DNA of 42,788 nucleotides from Candidatus Caldarchaeales archaeon (GTDB taxonomy: Archaea > Thermoproteota > Nitrososphaeria_A > Caldarchaeales > Wolframiiraptoraceae), in the NCBI GenBank assembly GCA_039630055.1, contig JBCNVN010000007.1, forward strand, positions 1 through 42,788, read 5' to 3'. Every line of letters starts with the position of its first letter. Position 1 is the first letter of the stretch. Positions 17,737 to 26,595 of the stretch are shown here, piece by piece. The notes under the pieces are model-generated. The model worked only from the letters and a program-made list of their open reading frames with translations, ran no database searches and had not been told where the DNA came from. The translations under genes and the position numbers were made by a program.

Positions 17737-19749
17737 GTGGAGATTCTAGAGATTGCTCCATGGATTTGCTGGATATCTCCACTTATAGGAGCACTATTAA
17801 CATTTACTTCTAAAAAGAATAGTGTTAAAGGGTTAGTTACATCGATATCCATCTTTACTTCATTCATCTCTTCTCTGTTTATGCTCTCTAATGTTATAGA
17901 ACATAAATCATTTGAGATTAAGATTAAATGGATTGATCTTCAACAAGGTGAACCTATAAGTCTAGGAGTTCTCGTTGATGCATTATCAGCAACTATGAGT
18001 TGTATTGTGTCTTTTGTAAGCCTACTTATCCTCCTCTACTCTATATGGTATATGAGAGAGGAATATGGTCAAGCGAGATTCTGGAGCCTCATGTCCCTAT
18101 TTACTTCAAGTATGCTCCTACTAGTTCTAGCCGATAACTTCATCCTCTTCTTCATAGGATGGAAGATGGTAGGTTTATGTAGTTATGCGCTTATAGGTCA
18201 TTATTACCGTGATGAAGAGAAGTATTGGATTGGTGGTCCACCTCCAAACCCTCTCCAGAAACCTTCAACATGTGCTCTTAAAGCACTTCTAGTAACATCT
18301 CTAGGAGATGTAGCCATGCTCTCAGGAATCTTATTAATATTCATCTACTCTGGAACATTCAACTTCACTACACTGTTTACAACATCATCGACTTGGATCT
18401 CGAAGATGATAGATACACAAAATCTCTTCACTTTGTCCACAATATTGTTACTTTTAGGCGTTATTGGGAAGTCAGCTCAATTCCCACTCCATGTGTGGTT
18501 GCCTGAAGCAATGGCCGGGCCTGCACCTGTATCTGCCTTAATTCATGCTGCCACCATGGTGAAAGCAGGGGTCTATATAATTGCACGCCTCTTCCCAATA
18601 TACTATAAAGCATATTGGGTTGACCAGTTTCAAGAAGCAGGATACTATTTCCAGATTATAGCTACTGTAGGCACGGTTACGGCTTTCTTAACAGCTACTG
18701 AGGCTCTTGCCTCTATAGAGCTTAAGAAGGTTCTTGCATGCTCAACTATGAGCCAGATAGGGTACATGATGCTAGGCTTAGGTGTTGCTGGAATGAGCCA
18801 TACATCGATCGTAAGCGGATATATTGGAAGCATCCTCCACTTACTTAACCATGCTCTTTTTAAAGCAGCCCTATTCATGTGTGCAGGAATAGTAATACAT
18901 TTAACAGGCTCGATATACTTGTATAAATCAACTCTTAATAGGAGAAACCTCTTCCTAACATGGCTTTTTATGTGGATTGCAGTCCTATCACTTATAGGGC
19001 TGCCTCCACTCTCTGGTTTCTGGAGTAAAGATGAAATACTTATAGCATGTATTGAGTCAGGTCAATACGTATTCTTCCTATTTGCGGTACTTACAATCTT
19101 GGTAACCTGCTTATACTCTCTAAGAATGATGTATTATCTCTTTCATAGAAGCTTGGCTAGCAATAATCATCATGGAGGAGAAGAGCCGATAGCATGGATG
19201 CCTATAGGAATACTTTCAACATTAACCTTAATTATAGGTATAATTGGATACCAGTATGTAGAATTCTTTAAGGAAGCATTCTCCAATTATTTTGCTCTAT
19301 TTCTCAATAGTGAATCCTTACACCATGAAACTAACTTATACGTAAATATTATAACGATAGTGACCTCTCTACTAATTATAAGTGTTGCAATAGTAGCCTC
19401 TTACATATACTACTTTAAGTATAAAGGAGACTACATAGGAATAATTGAGAGAAACCCGGTTCTAAGAACCATGCACAGAATTTTATGGAATAGGTGGTAT
19501 CTTGATAGATTTTATGAGATTGTTTTTGTGAGGAGTATATTGAAGATTAGGTCTGAGGTTCAGAACAGGTCTGAGAATTTAATGGATTCTATTCTGAATA
19601 TAGGTGTTCCAAGATTATTCTCTAAAATGTATGATACGTTGAAATATATCCAGACAGGTGTGTTTTCAATAAACATGTTTTACATACTGGTGTTTCTGAT
19701 ATCTATATTTATCTTTACTCTGATGGTGATGGGATATGTTAGAATATAA
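17737..19749 (+). CDS. Antiporter-like subunit (NuoL/FpoL-like) with full C-terminal transverse helix
   Basis: GKSAQFPLHVWLPEAMAGPAPVSALIHAATMV, HALFKA, GFWSKDEI, WYLD...IQTG plus a terminal TM helix. Confidence 0.93.
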   Translation: MEILEIAPWICWISPLIGALLTFTSKKNSVKGLVTSISIFTSFISSLFMLSNVIEHKSFEIKIKWIDLQQGEPISLGVLVDALSATMSCIVSFVSLLILLYSIWYMREEYGQARFWSLMSLFTSSMLLLVLADNFILFFIGWKMVGLCSYALIGHYYRDEEKYWIGGPPPNPLQKPSTCALKALLVTSLGDVAMLSGILLIFIYSGTFNFTTLFTTSSTWISKMIDTQNLFTLSTILLLLGVIGKSAQFPLHVWLPEAMAGPAPVSALIHAATMVKAGVYIIARLFPIYYKAYWVDQFQEAGYYFQIIATVGTVTAFLTATEALASIELKKVLACSTMSQIGYMMLGLGVAGMSHTSIVSGYIGSILHLLNHALFKAALFMCAGIVIHLTGSIYLYKSTLNRRNLFLTWLFMWIAVLSLIGLPPLSGFWSKDEILIACIESGQYVFFLFAVLTILVTCLYSLRMMYYLFHRSLASNNHHGGEEPIAWMPIGILSTLTLIIGIIGYQYVEFFKEAFSNYFALFLNSESLHHETNLYVNIITIVTSLLIISVAIVASYIYYFKYKGDYIGIIERNPVLRTMHRILWNRWYLDRFYEIVFVRSILKIRSEVQNRSENLMDSILNIGVPRLFSKMYDTLKYIQTGVFSINMFYILVFLISIFIFTLMVMGYVRI

Positions 19750-21220
19750 CCCGCTCCTACAGACAATCATTGTACCGATAGCTACAGCAGTAATCATAGG
19801 TCTTCTATCTAGCAAGATAGGTAAATTTGGAGGAATATTAACATGTATCTCTCTAACCTATACTTCAGCAATACTTACAATAATCTTTATAGATGTCTGG
19901 AGTAACTTGAACACAGTCTATGAAGAATATGTTTGGAGCGAGGTTCTTGGACTGAGGTTTGGTTTTCTCGCTGATGGTCTAAGCCTTCCAGTAGCATTAG
20001 TTATGAACCTAGTATGTACTGCATGCGCATACTATTCGATTCCATATATTATGCATCGTATCGAGATATTATATGGTGGTGAAAACTATAGATTATACAA
20101 TCTATATTTTGCGATATATCTATTATTTGCAGTAGGTTTAACAGGAGTTGCATTCTCAACGAACTTAATTAGCATGTACATATTCTTAGAACTTGTATTG
20201 ATACCATCTTACTTTATGATAGACCTATTTGGATATTATGATAGACATAGGATAGCCATGATGTATTTTCTGTGGAACCATCTTGGAGCAGGTCTCTTCC
20301 TAGCTGGAGTCATCCTAGCATACTTTAATAATGGTGGTAGTTTCAACATAATGGATCTGGCAAAAGTTGATGGTAGCTCAGCATTCTGGATATGTTTCTT
20401 CATACTTATTGGTTGGTTAATTAAGATGGCGGTCTTCGGATTTCATGTATGGTTACCTCATGCACATGGAGAACACCCTACATCTATAGCTGCAATAATT
20501 GCTACAATAGTAGGTCTCGGAAACTATGTTATAGTTAGGCTACTGGTTAGTAATCTTTTTAATGTCTTCCAAATATTTGGTCTACCATTAATGGTTTGGG
20601 CATTGATAACGATGGTTTATGGTGCATTCCTTACTCTGGCTCAAGATGATGTTAAGAGATTATATGCATGCTCAACTATTAGTCAAAATGCTTACTCTAT
20701 ACTAGGTATAGCAAGCTGTACGATACTAGGAGTCTATGGTGGAGTATTCTACTTTATAAGTCACATGATCGGTAAATGTATTTTATTCTCTGTAGCTGGG
20801 ATAATAGTTTACATGACAGAGATTAGAGATATGAATAAGCTTAGCGGTTTGGCTAAGATCGCTCCATTTACTGCTATTCTCGCAATACTTGGTTCAATGA
20901 TCCTCTCCGCTATACCTCCTCTAAGCGGTTTTCAAGCAGAGTGGATAATGTTTATAGGAATATTTGAGAAAGGTATCGAGATAGGGATTGTAGTAGCATT
21001 GATAGGAATATTTGCAACGTTCTTAACCTTAGTTTACACTTTCTGGCCTATCAAGAGAATATTCTTCGGCTCAGCATATACGGAGATAAACTTAAAGAAG
21101 AATCCAGTTAAAGAACCACTATTGATGGTGATCCCACTATATGTTTTGGCTATAACCTCTCTAATCTTTGGAATCTATCCAGATCTTATAATGAAGCTTC
21201 TAGAGAATTCCACCCTCTAA
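19736..21220 (+). CDS. Antiporter-like subunit (NuoM/FpoM-like)
   Basis: DGLS, FLELVLIPSYFMI, IKMAVFGFHVWLPHAH, PPLSGFQAE, GIYP. Confidence 0.92.
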   Translation: MLEYNPLLQTIIVPIATAVIIGLLSSKIGKFGGILTCISLTYTSAILTIIFIDVWSNLNTVYEEYVWSEVLGLRFGFLADGLSLPVALVMNLVCTACAYYSIPYIMHRIEILYGGENYRLYNLYFAIYLLFAVGLTGVAFSTNLISMYIFLELVLIPSYFMIDLFGYYDRHRIAMMYFLWNHLGAGLFLAGVILAYFNNGGSFNIMDLAKVDGSSAFWICFFILIGWLIKMAVFGFHVWLPHAHGEHPTSIAAIIATIVGLGNYVIVRLLVSNLFNVFQIFGLPLMVWALITMVYGAFLTLAQDDVKRLYACSTISQNAYSILGIASCTILGVYGGVFYFISHMIGKCILFSVAGIIVYMTEIRDMNKLSGLAKIAPFTAILAILGSMILSAIPPLSGFQAEWIMFIGIFEKGIEIGIVVALIGIFATFLTLVYTFWPIKRIFFGSAYTEINLKKNPVKEPLLMVIPLYVLAITSLIFGIYPDLIMKLLENSTL

Positions 21221-21466
21221 ATACTGATAATATTTTAGCTGAATATTAAAACTAGTTTACTCTCAGAATAATCTTGGAGATTACGGAGTCCTTCTATAAA
21301 AATCATTGATTAATAATAGTTTTATTCAACTGTTTAGAGAAGATGTGAATTACACAGAAATTTAAAGATACGAGAGTATTCAAATTGAGAAATCTATAAA
21401 TCTCTTTGTAACTTTCTAGATATTCAGGAATGTGTTAAGATTATGTTCGGAGAGTGAGTTCTAGAA

Positions 21467-22030
21467 TTGGAAACATCATTTAAAGATCTCTCTGAGCTGA
21501 TTCTTAGATTACACATGCTAGTTTCGAGGATTAAAGAGATTAAGAGGACTGGATGGGTTGAGAGAGGTGTAGAAGATGCTGAATCTGTTGCAGACCATTC
21601 TTTCACCGTACTGGTACTATCTATGATCTTTGCAGAAGTTAGAGGATTGGATTTAGTAGAAGTCGCCCGCATGGCCATAATACATGACCTAGCTGAAGCA
21701 GTAATAGGAGACTTAACACCTAAGCAGAAAGAGGAGAGAATACATGAGTATAAACGTATGGAGGAAGAATTTATAGAATCTATAGTAAAGATTATGCCGA
21801 GAGATCTTGGTGAAAAATATCTAGAAGCTTGGAGAAGATATTCCGAAGGAAGAAGCAGAGAGGCAGAACTAGTTAGATTGGTGGATAAGCTAGAGATGGG
21901 TTTACAAGCTCTCAGGTATCTGGAGAAGACAAAGAAAGAGAAGCTTCTAGAGATATATGGGTCAGCGTTAGAATCTGTTAGAGAAGACCCGGAAATTCTA
22001 AATATATTAAAAGAAGCGTTGAACCGGTGA
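21467..22030 (+). CDS. HD-domain phosphohydrolase (YfbR/HDDC2-like 5'-deoxynucleotidase)
   Basis: KRTGW..RGV..AESVADHS, HDLAEA..GD, EA.LV...DKLEM. Confidence 0.9.
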   Translation: METSFKDLSELILRLHMLVSRIKEIKRTGWVERGVEDAESVADHSFTVLVLSMIFAEVRGLDLVEVARMAIIHDLAEAVIGDLTPKQKEERIHEYKRMEEEFIESIVKIMPRDLGEKYLEAWRRYSEGRSREAELVRLVDKLEMGLQALRYLEKTKKEKLLEIYGSALESVREDPEILNILKEALNR

Positions 22031-22069
22031 AGATATATATCTCCGCCACCATACATATGGATAGTATAG

Positions 22070-23173
22070 ATGTTCTTAGCCGATAGACTGTCTGTTAAGG
22101 CATTATACCCTTTCCTACCAGAAGCTAAACAAGAATTTCTATCCCTAGGCTTCGATCTAGAGTCTTTTAAGTCGCCATCTACCAAGCCTATAGTTGAGAG
22201 AGCCTTTGAAAGGATCGTCAATGCTCTAAGATTTGGTGAGAATGTTGATCCGATGAAGGTTGCTGGAGATAGTATTACAGAGCTTGTCTCTTTTCCATTA
22301 TCAATAGTTATTGTAGCGAAGACTGGAGATAAGTTCTTACAGAGAAGGTTTGCTCTAGCCGAGGCCTCGATAATACAGAAGAGATTGATGAACGAGTTGA
22401 TGAGTAGAAGTGGTCTAGAATTTGTTCTAGATATAGCTAGAAATGTATTCAAGATGGATGTAGAACGTGATGATTATCCACCATATTCTTACACTGTAGG
22501 TTTAGTAGATTACCTCAAGTCTGCTTCTAGATTCAATGATCCATCTTGGAAGCTTGTCAATAGAGTGGTAGATAGAGGAAGAGTATATGTAGAAGCTCGA
22601 GAGCTAGTAAGGCTTCTAAGAGATAGGGTTGAAAAATATGTCTTAGAGAATATTGAGAAGGCTGAGAGAGAGGTTGGGAGACTGCCCGATAACTTAGAAG
22701 AGATAGTGAATAATTTGAGAAGCATGATCCCCGCTAGGAGGATCGAGGGTCCTCCCACGACAGATACCTCAAAGCCTGAAGCGTGGCCACCATGTATTAA
22801 AGCGATCTATAGTAAACTTGTATCTGGAGAGAGTGTGAGCCATTTTGGAAACTTCTTTATAGCCTCATTCTTGATCAATACCGGCTTATCCATAGATGAG
22901 GTAGTCTCGATATATTCTCAAAGGAGCGACTTTGATGAAAAGATTGCTAGATACCAGGTAGAGCATATAGCAGGCTTGAAAGGTAGTAGAACCAAATATA
23001 TTAATCCAAGTTGTAGTAAGGTAAAGACAAATGGTTTATGTATCGAGAATGGTAGATTTTGTGGAAACATTAAAAACCCGATGACATACTATAAACGGAA
23101 GCTAAAGGAGATGGTGAAGGATGATAAAGATAAAGATGATTATGGAAGAGAACGCGGTGAAGCTGGCGGTTAA
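22070..23173 (+). CDS. priL: DNA primase large subunit
   Basis: YPFL, WKLVNR....G.V, PPCI, DFDEKIARYQVEHIAG, PSC......LC...C..IKNP (four Fe-S cysteines). Confidence 0.95.
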   Translation: MFLADRLSVKALYPFLPEAKQEFLSLGFDLESFKSPSTKPIVERAFERIVNALRFGENVDPMKVAGDSITELVSFPLSIVIVAKTGDKFLQRRFALAEASIIQKRLMNELMSRSGLEFVLDIARNVFKMDVERDDYPPYSYTVGLVDYLKSASRFNDPSWKLVNRVVDRGRVYVEARELVRLLRDRVEKYVLENIEKAEREVGRLPDNLEEIVNNLRSMIPARRIEGPPTTDTSKPEAWPPCIKAIYSKLVSGESVSHFGNFFIASFLINTGLSIDEVVSIYSQRSDFDEKIARYQVEHIAGLKGSRTKYINPSCSKVKTNGLCIENGRFCGNIKNPMTYYKRKLKEMVKDDKDKDDYGRERGEAGG

Positions 23174-23486
23174 GCTCTCTGAAAAACTAGCACTCAGAAA
23201 CATTATACCGATAATAAAGAATAGAGAAGTATTGTTGGATGATTCCTCCATAGAGGATTCCATAAACATTCATGAAGCATTATACTATATTAGAGCTAGT
23301 CTACAGGATGCTGAGATAAGATATAGACGGCTCTATGTAAAGGATGGTACAGTATATGTAGAGGATGAAGAGGCTGGTGGAGGGGTCGTAGACGAACCAC
23401 CACTACTCTTCTGCCCACTATGCGGATATACAACAATATATGAAGAAGTCTACTGGATACATGTAAAATCCCATGGAATAGTATAA
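23121..23486 (+). CDS. Small protein with C-terminal classical C2H2 zinc finger
   Basis: CPLC-x12-HVKSH at the C-terminus; overlaps the end of priL. Confidence 0.8.
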   Translation: MIKIKMIMEENAVKLAVKLSEKLALRNIIPIIKNREVLLDDSSIEDSINIHEALYYIRASLQDAEIRYRRLYVKDGTVYVEDEEAGGGVVDEPPLLFCPLCGYTTIYEEVYWIHVKSHGIV

Positions 23487-23497
23487 CATACTAACCA

Positions 23498-24382
23498 CTA
23501 GTCTTTAAAGATAAGCCTTAACCCTATTTCTCTCAAAGCCAACTCACTTATCTTTTCATAATATATCTCTGTAGATAGCCTCTTATCTGCTCTCAATAGA
23601 TCATTATACGTAGGCTCACTAGTCTTTAATAATACGCCTACAGGATGTTTGCCAGACTCTTGAATCGATAGAAGTATTCTGATAGCTTCACTCCTATTAT
23701 CAGTCTCGAAGCCCAATTCATCTAGATAGACTATCTTCTCCCTCACTTCTCTAAGACTTCTAGAGAGGTTGAAGGTTGGGCAGACGCTCAGAATATTGAT
23801 TATGGAGAACCCACGATGGCTGACCGCTTCTTTAATCTGCTCCTTCAATCTCTTTACATCTCCTATGAATCCTTGTGCCACATAAGTTGCACCACTTATG
23901 ATCGCCAGTAAGAGTGGGTTTAAAGGTCTCTCCGGCCATCCTCTCGGAGTGGTCTTTGAGATGGTATTCAATGGGGTGGTGGGTGATGGCTGACCTCTAG
24001 TATTCCCGAAAACACCATTATCTACCACGATATATGTTATCTCTACATTTCTTCTAGCGGTATGGATAAGATGGTTGCATCCTATACTATAAGCGTCTCC
24101 ATCTCCTGATACTCCTATAACCTTTAGATTTGGGTTGACCAACTTTATACCTGTGGCCGCTGGTAAGACTCTTCCATGCAATGCTTTAAGAGAATTCGTG
24201 TTTATATAGCTCCAGATAAATGTTGCGCAACCTATACCGCAGACAATAACGATCTCTTCAGGCTTTAGACCTAGATCCATGATTGCGGTCTTCAAAGCTT
24301 CGTAAACTGAAAAGTCTCCACATCCTGGACACCATCTAGGTTTAGAACGTTCAAGAATATCTACCACCATCTTATATCTCAC
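23498..24382 (-). CDS. 2-oxoacid:ferredoxin oxidoreductase beta subunit (two-subunit KorB/OforB type)
   Basis: WCPGCGD, GIGC, LHGR..P.ATG.K, GDGD..SIG (TPP-binding), DN..FG.T.GQ.SPT, CPTF. Confidence 0.95.
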   Translation of the reverse strand: MRYKMVVDILERSKPRWCPGCGDFSVYEALKTAIMDLGLKPEEIVIVCGIGCATFIWSYINTNSLKALHGRVLPAATGIKLVNPNLKVIGVSGDGDAYSIGCNHLIHTARRNVEITYIVVDNGVFGNTRGQPSPTTPLNTISKTTPRGWPERPLNPLLLAIISGATYVAQGFIGDVKRLKEQIKEAVSHRGFSIINILSVCPTFNLSRSLREVREKIVYLDELGFETDNRSEAIRILLSIQESGKHPVGVLLKTSEPTYNDLLRADKRLSTEIYYEKISELALREIGLRLIFKD

Positions 24383-26040
24383 CCAATGATCTCTCGATAG
24401 ACTTCGTAAGGTCTAAATGGGTGTCCATCAAACTTTCTTACACTCTTTACCTCACAGTTTTTAGGAATCTTCGATGAGATTAGATTTAAAACTTGTCCAG
24501 AAGCATTCTGTTCAACGATGTAGACCCTCTTCACATCTGCTAAAACTTCTTCAAGCTTTCTTGGAAGTGGCCACAACTGTTTTAAAGGTATATGTTTAAT
24601 CCTTCCATAGTTTATCCTTCTTAAAACTTCATCTACAGTCGAACTACATGAACCTACGCTTACAATCGCCTCATAAGAGTCTAGGTCTCCTCGAACCTCC
24701 CAGGCAACCGGATAATCCTCCAACTCTTTCAACTTCCCCATCCTCTTCTTAGACATCATAACATGTAATGCTCCATCTTGGGAAGATAATCCTCTCTCAT
24801 CATGCTCAACACTACTTGCCACGACTAAGAATCCTTCTATAGGTGGGGATGGCACGCTTTCCATCTCACTATATCTAGGAAATATTTTAAGTGATTCTTC
24901 TCTCTGTCTATGAACAGATATTCGCCCAGAACTTCTCCGCGTCTCTAATAGATCTATACTATGATAATTCATTGTGTACGATTGGTCTAGTAAGAGTATT
25001 ACTGGGCATCTATACTTGTCGGCCAGCTCGAATGAGAGCACTGTCATAGTATAGTATTCTTCAATCTTAGAGGGGGCGAGAACTATCCTAGGAACATCTC
25101 CATGAGAAGGATGTGTAGCTAGATCGATATCTGACTGTTCATGAGCTGTTGGAAGACCTGTGCTTGGTCCAACCCTCTGAACATCTATCACAACTATCGG
25201 GATCTCGGCCATGGCCGCAAACCCGATACCTTCAACCATAAGTGAGAGACCAGGACCAGAGGTTGTAGTCATAGCTCTAGCTCCAGCATAGCTCGCACCT
25301 ATAATCATATTGATTGCAGATAACTCATCTTCTACTTGGACTGCTACTCCACCCATCTCGGGAATCCACTTCATCAATCTCTCCATGATCCCGGTTGAAG
25401 GAGTTATAGGATAACCTGCAAAGAATCTACAGCCAGCGGATAGTGCGGCAAGAGCAACCAAGTCCGAGCCGCTGACAATAGTCTTAATATTGCCTGAGCC
25501 AGATACTTTGATCATCTTAAGATCACTCTTGAGAGACATCCTATAACCTGAATCTAACCCTCTTAAGCCAGATTCCAGAAGCTCTATCTTCTTAATCTTC
25601 TTCTCCAAGACCTTGGAGACCGTCTCAAAATCTAGTCCGAGAACTCCTGAGACAAATCCTACAGCAACTACATTAGGTCTAGACCTAGTCTCTATCGATA
25701 CTTTCTTCAAAGGTATTCTTATTATTCTTGCATCTAGCCAGACATCTCTATAATCTTCATCAAATACTACTATGCTATCTTTCTCGAGAAGCCCATCCAG
25801 ATCTCTTAATCCAGCTTCATCCAACAAGACTACTATGTCTAGTTTATCTGGAGGTGCTCTAACAGGTTCTTCAGAGATTCTTATCTCTGAGAATGTATAT
25901 CCTCCTCTAACGATTGTTGGAAACCATCTATAGGTATAGACGTTTAAACCTTTTAGAACACATGCTTCAGCCAGTATCTCGGCAGCAAACTCTACCCCTT
26001 GACCTGTTAGACCGGCAAATCTTATCGAGACTTCCTTCAA
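24379..26040 (-). CDS. 2-oxoacid:ferredoxin oxidoreductase alpha subunit (gamma-alpha fusion, KorA/OforA type)
   Basis: G..GQG...A, RGG, GYPITPST, EDE..A, TSGPG.SLM.E, QRVGPSTG.PT, VEQNASGQ. Confidence 0.95.
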   Translation of the reverse strand: MKEVSIRFAGLTGQGVEFAAEILAEACVLKGLNVYTYRWFPTIVRGGYTFSEIRISEEPVRAPPDKLDIVVLLDEAGLRDLDGLLEKDSIVVFDEDYRDVWLDARIIRIPLKKVSIETRSRPNVVAVGFVSGVLGLDFETVSKVLEKKIKKIELLESGLRGLDSGYRMSLKSDLKMIKVSGSGNIKTIVSGSDLVALAALSAGCRFFAGYPITPSTGIMERLMKWIPEMGGVAVQVEDELSAINMIIGASYAGARAMTTTSGPGLSLMVEGIGFAAMAEIPIVVIDVQRVGPSTGLPTAHEQSDIDLATHPSHGDVPRIVLAPSKIEEYYTMTVLSFELADKYRCPVILLLDQSYTMNYHSIDLLETRRSSGRISVHRQREESLKIFPRYSEMESVPSPPIEGFLVVASSVEHDERGLSSQDGALHVMMSKKRMGKLKELEDYPVAWEVRGDLDSYEAIVSVGSCSSTVDEVLRRINYGRIKHIPLKQLWPLPRKLEEVLADVKRVYIVEQNASGQVLNLISSKIPKNCEVKSVRKFDGHPFRPYEVYREIIG

Positions 26041-26228
26041 GTATCTCCCAAGATTACTTATTGATACTCTCTCAAAAGTATTCCTGATCAGATTATGGTT
26101 TAGAATTTATCCAGCAAGATCATGACAAGATGGTTCAGAGTATAGTATTATGAAGTATTAAAGTTAAAGTTATAATTCTATAGAAAGTTATCGAATGGTT
26201 TGGATTATCTCTGTTCAACAGATTGAAC

Positions 26229-26588
26229 TTATCCTTTAAAGAATAACCATCCTCTTCCCGTATTTATTAGAATGTATCTTCCATTAAGCTTGGAGCCGAC
26301 CATATTTATTATGATCTTCTTATCCGGCTCATACTCTTGGAGGATATATTCTCCTCTATCCCATATCTTAACAGTTCCAGCACCATACCCTTCTACGATC
26401 TCACCTTCAAAATTAGAGTAAGATAATTCATGGTCAGCTTGAGGAATACACAATCTCTTAACACCTTTAGTTGTGGGAGGCTCCTTCCTCATCGCCCACG
26501 ACTTCAATACACCCTCCATCTCCAATCTCAGATCATAGTGTAATCCAGCCCTCCTAGCATGATGTTCATGGACTACAAATATCGGCAT
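26229..26588 (-). CDS. Stand-alone LigD 3'-phosphoesterase (PE) domain protein
   Basis: FVVHEH.A...LHYDLRLE..GVLKSWA, DH...Y..FEG.I..GYGAG.V.IWD.G.Y. Confidence 0.93.
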   Translation of the reverse strand: MPIFVVHEHHARRAGLHYDLRLEMEGVLKSWAMRKEPPTTKGVKRLCIPQADHELSYSNFEGEIVEGYGAGTVKIWDRGEYILQEYEPDKKIIINMVGSKLNGRYILINTGRGWLFFKG

Positions 26589-26595
26589 AAGTCCT

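Noticed and set aside
21255-21285. Resemblance of CTCTCAGAATAATCTTGGAGA to the 2773/3167 repeat as an island boundary
   Set aside because: Needs several gaps and mismatches in AT-rich DNA; not convincing.
21424-22452. 342-aa minus-strand ORF
   Set aside because: Antisense shadow of the HD hydrolase and priL; Ser/Leu-rich with no motifs.
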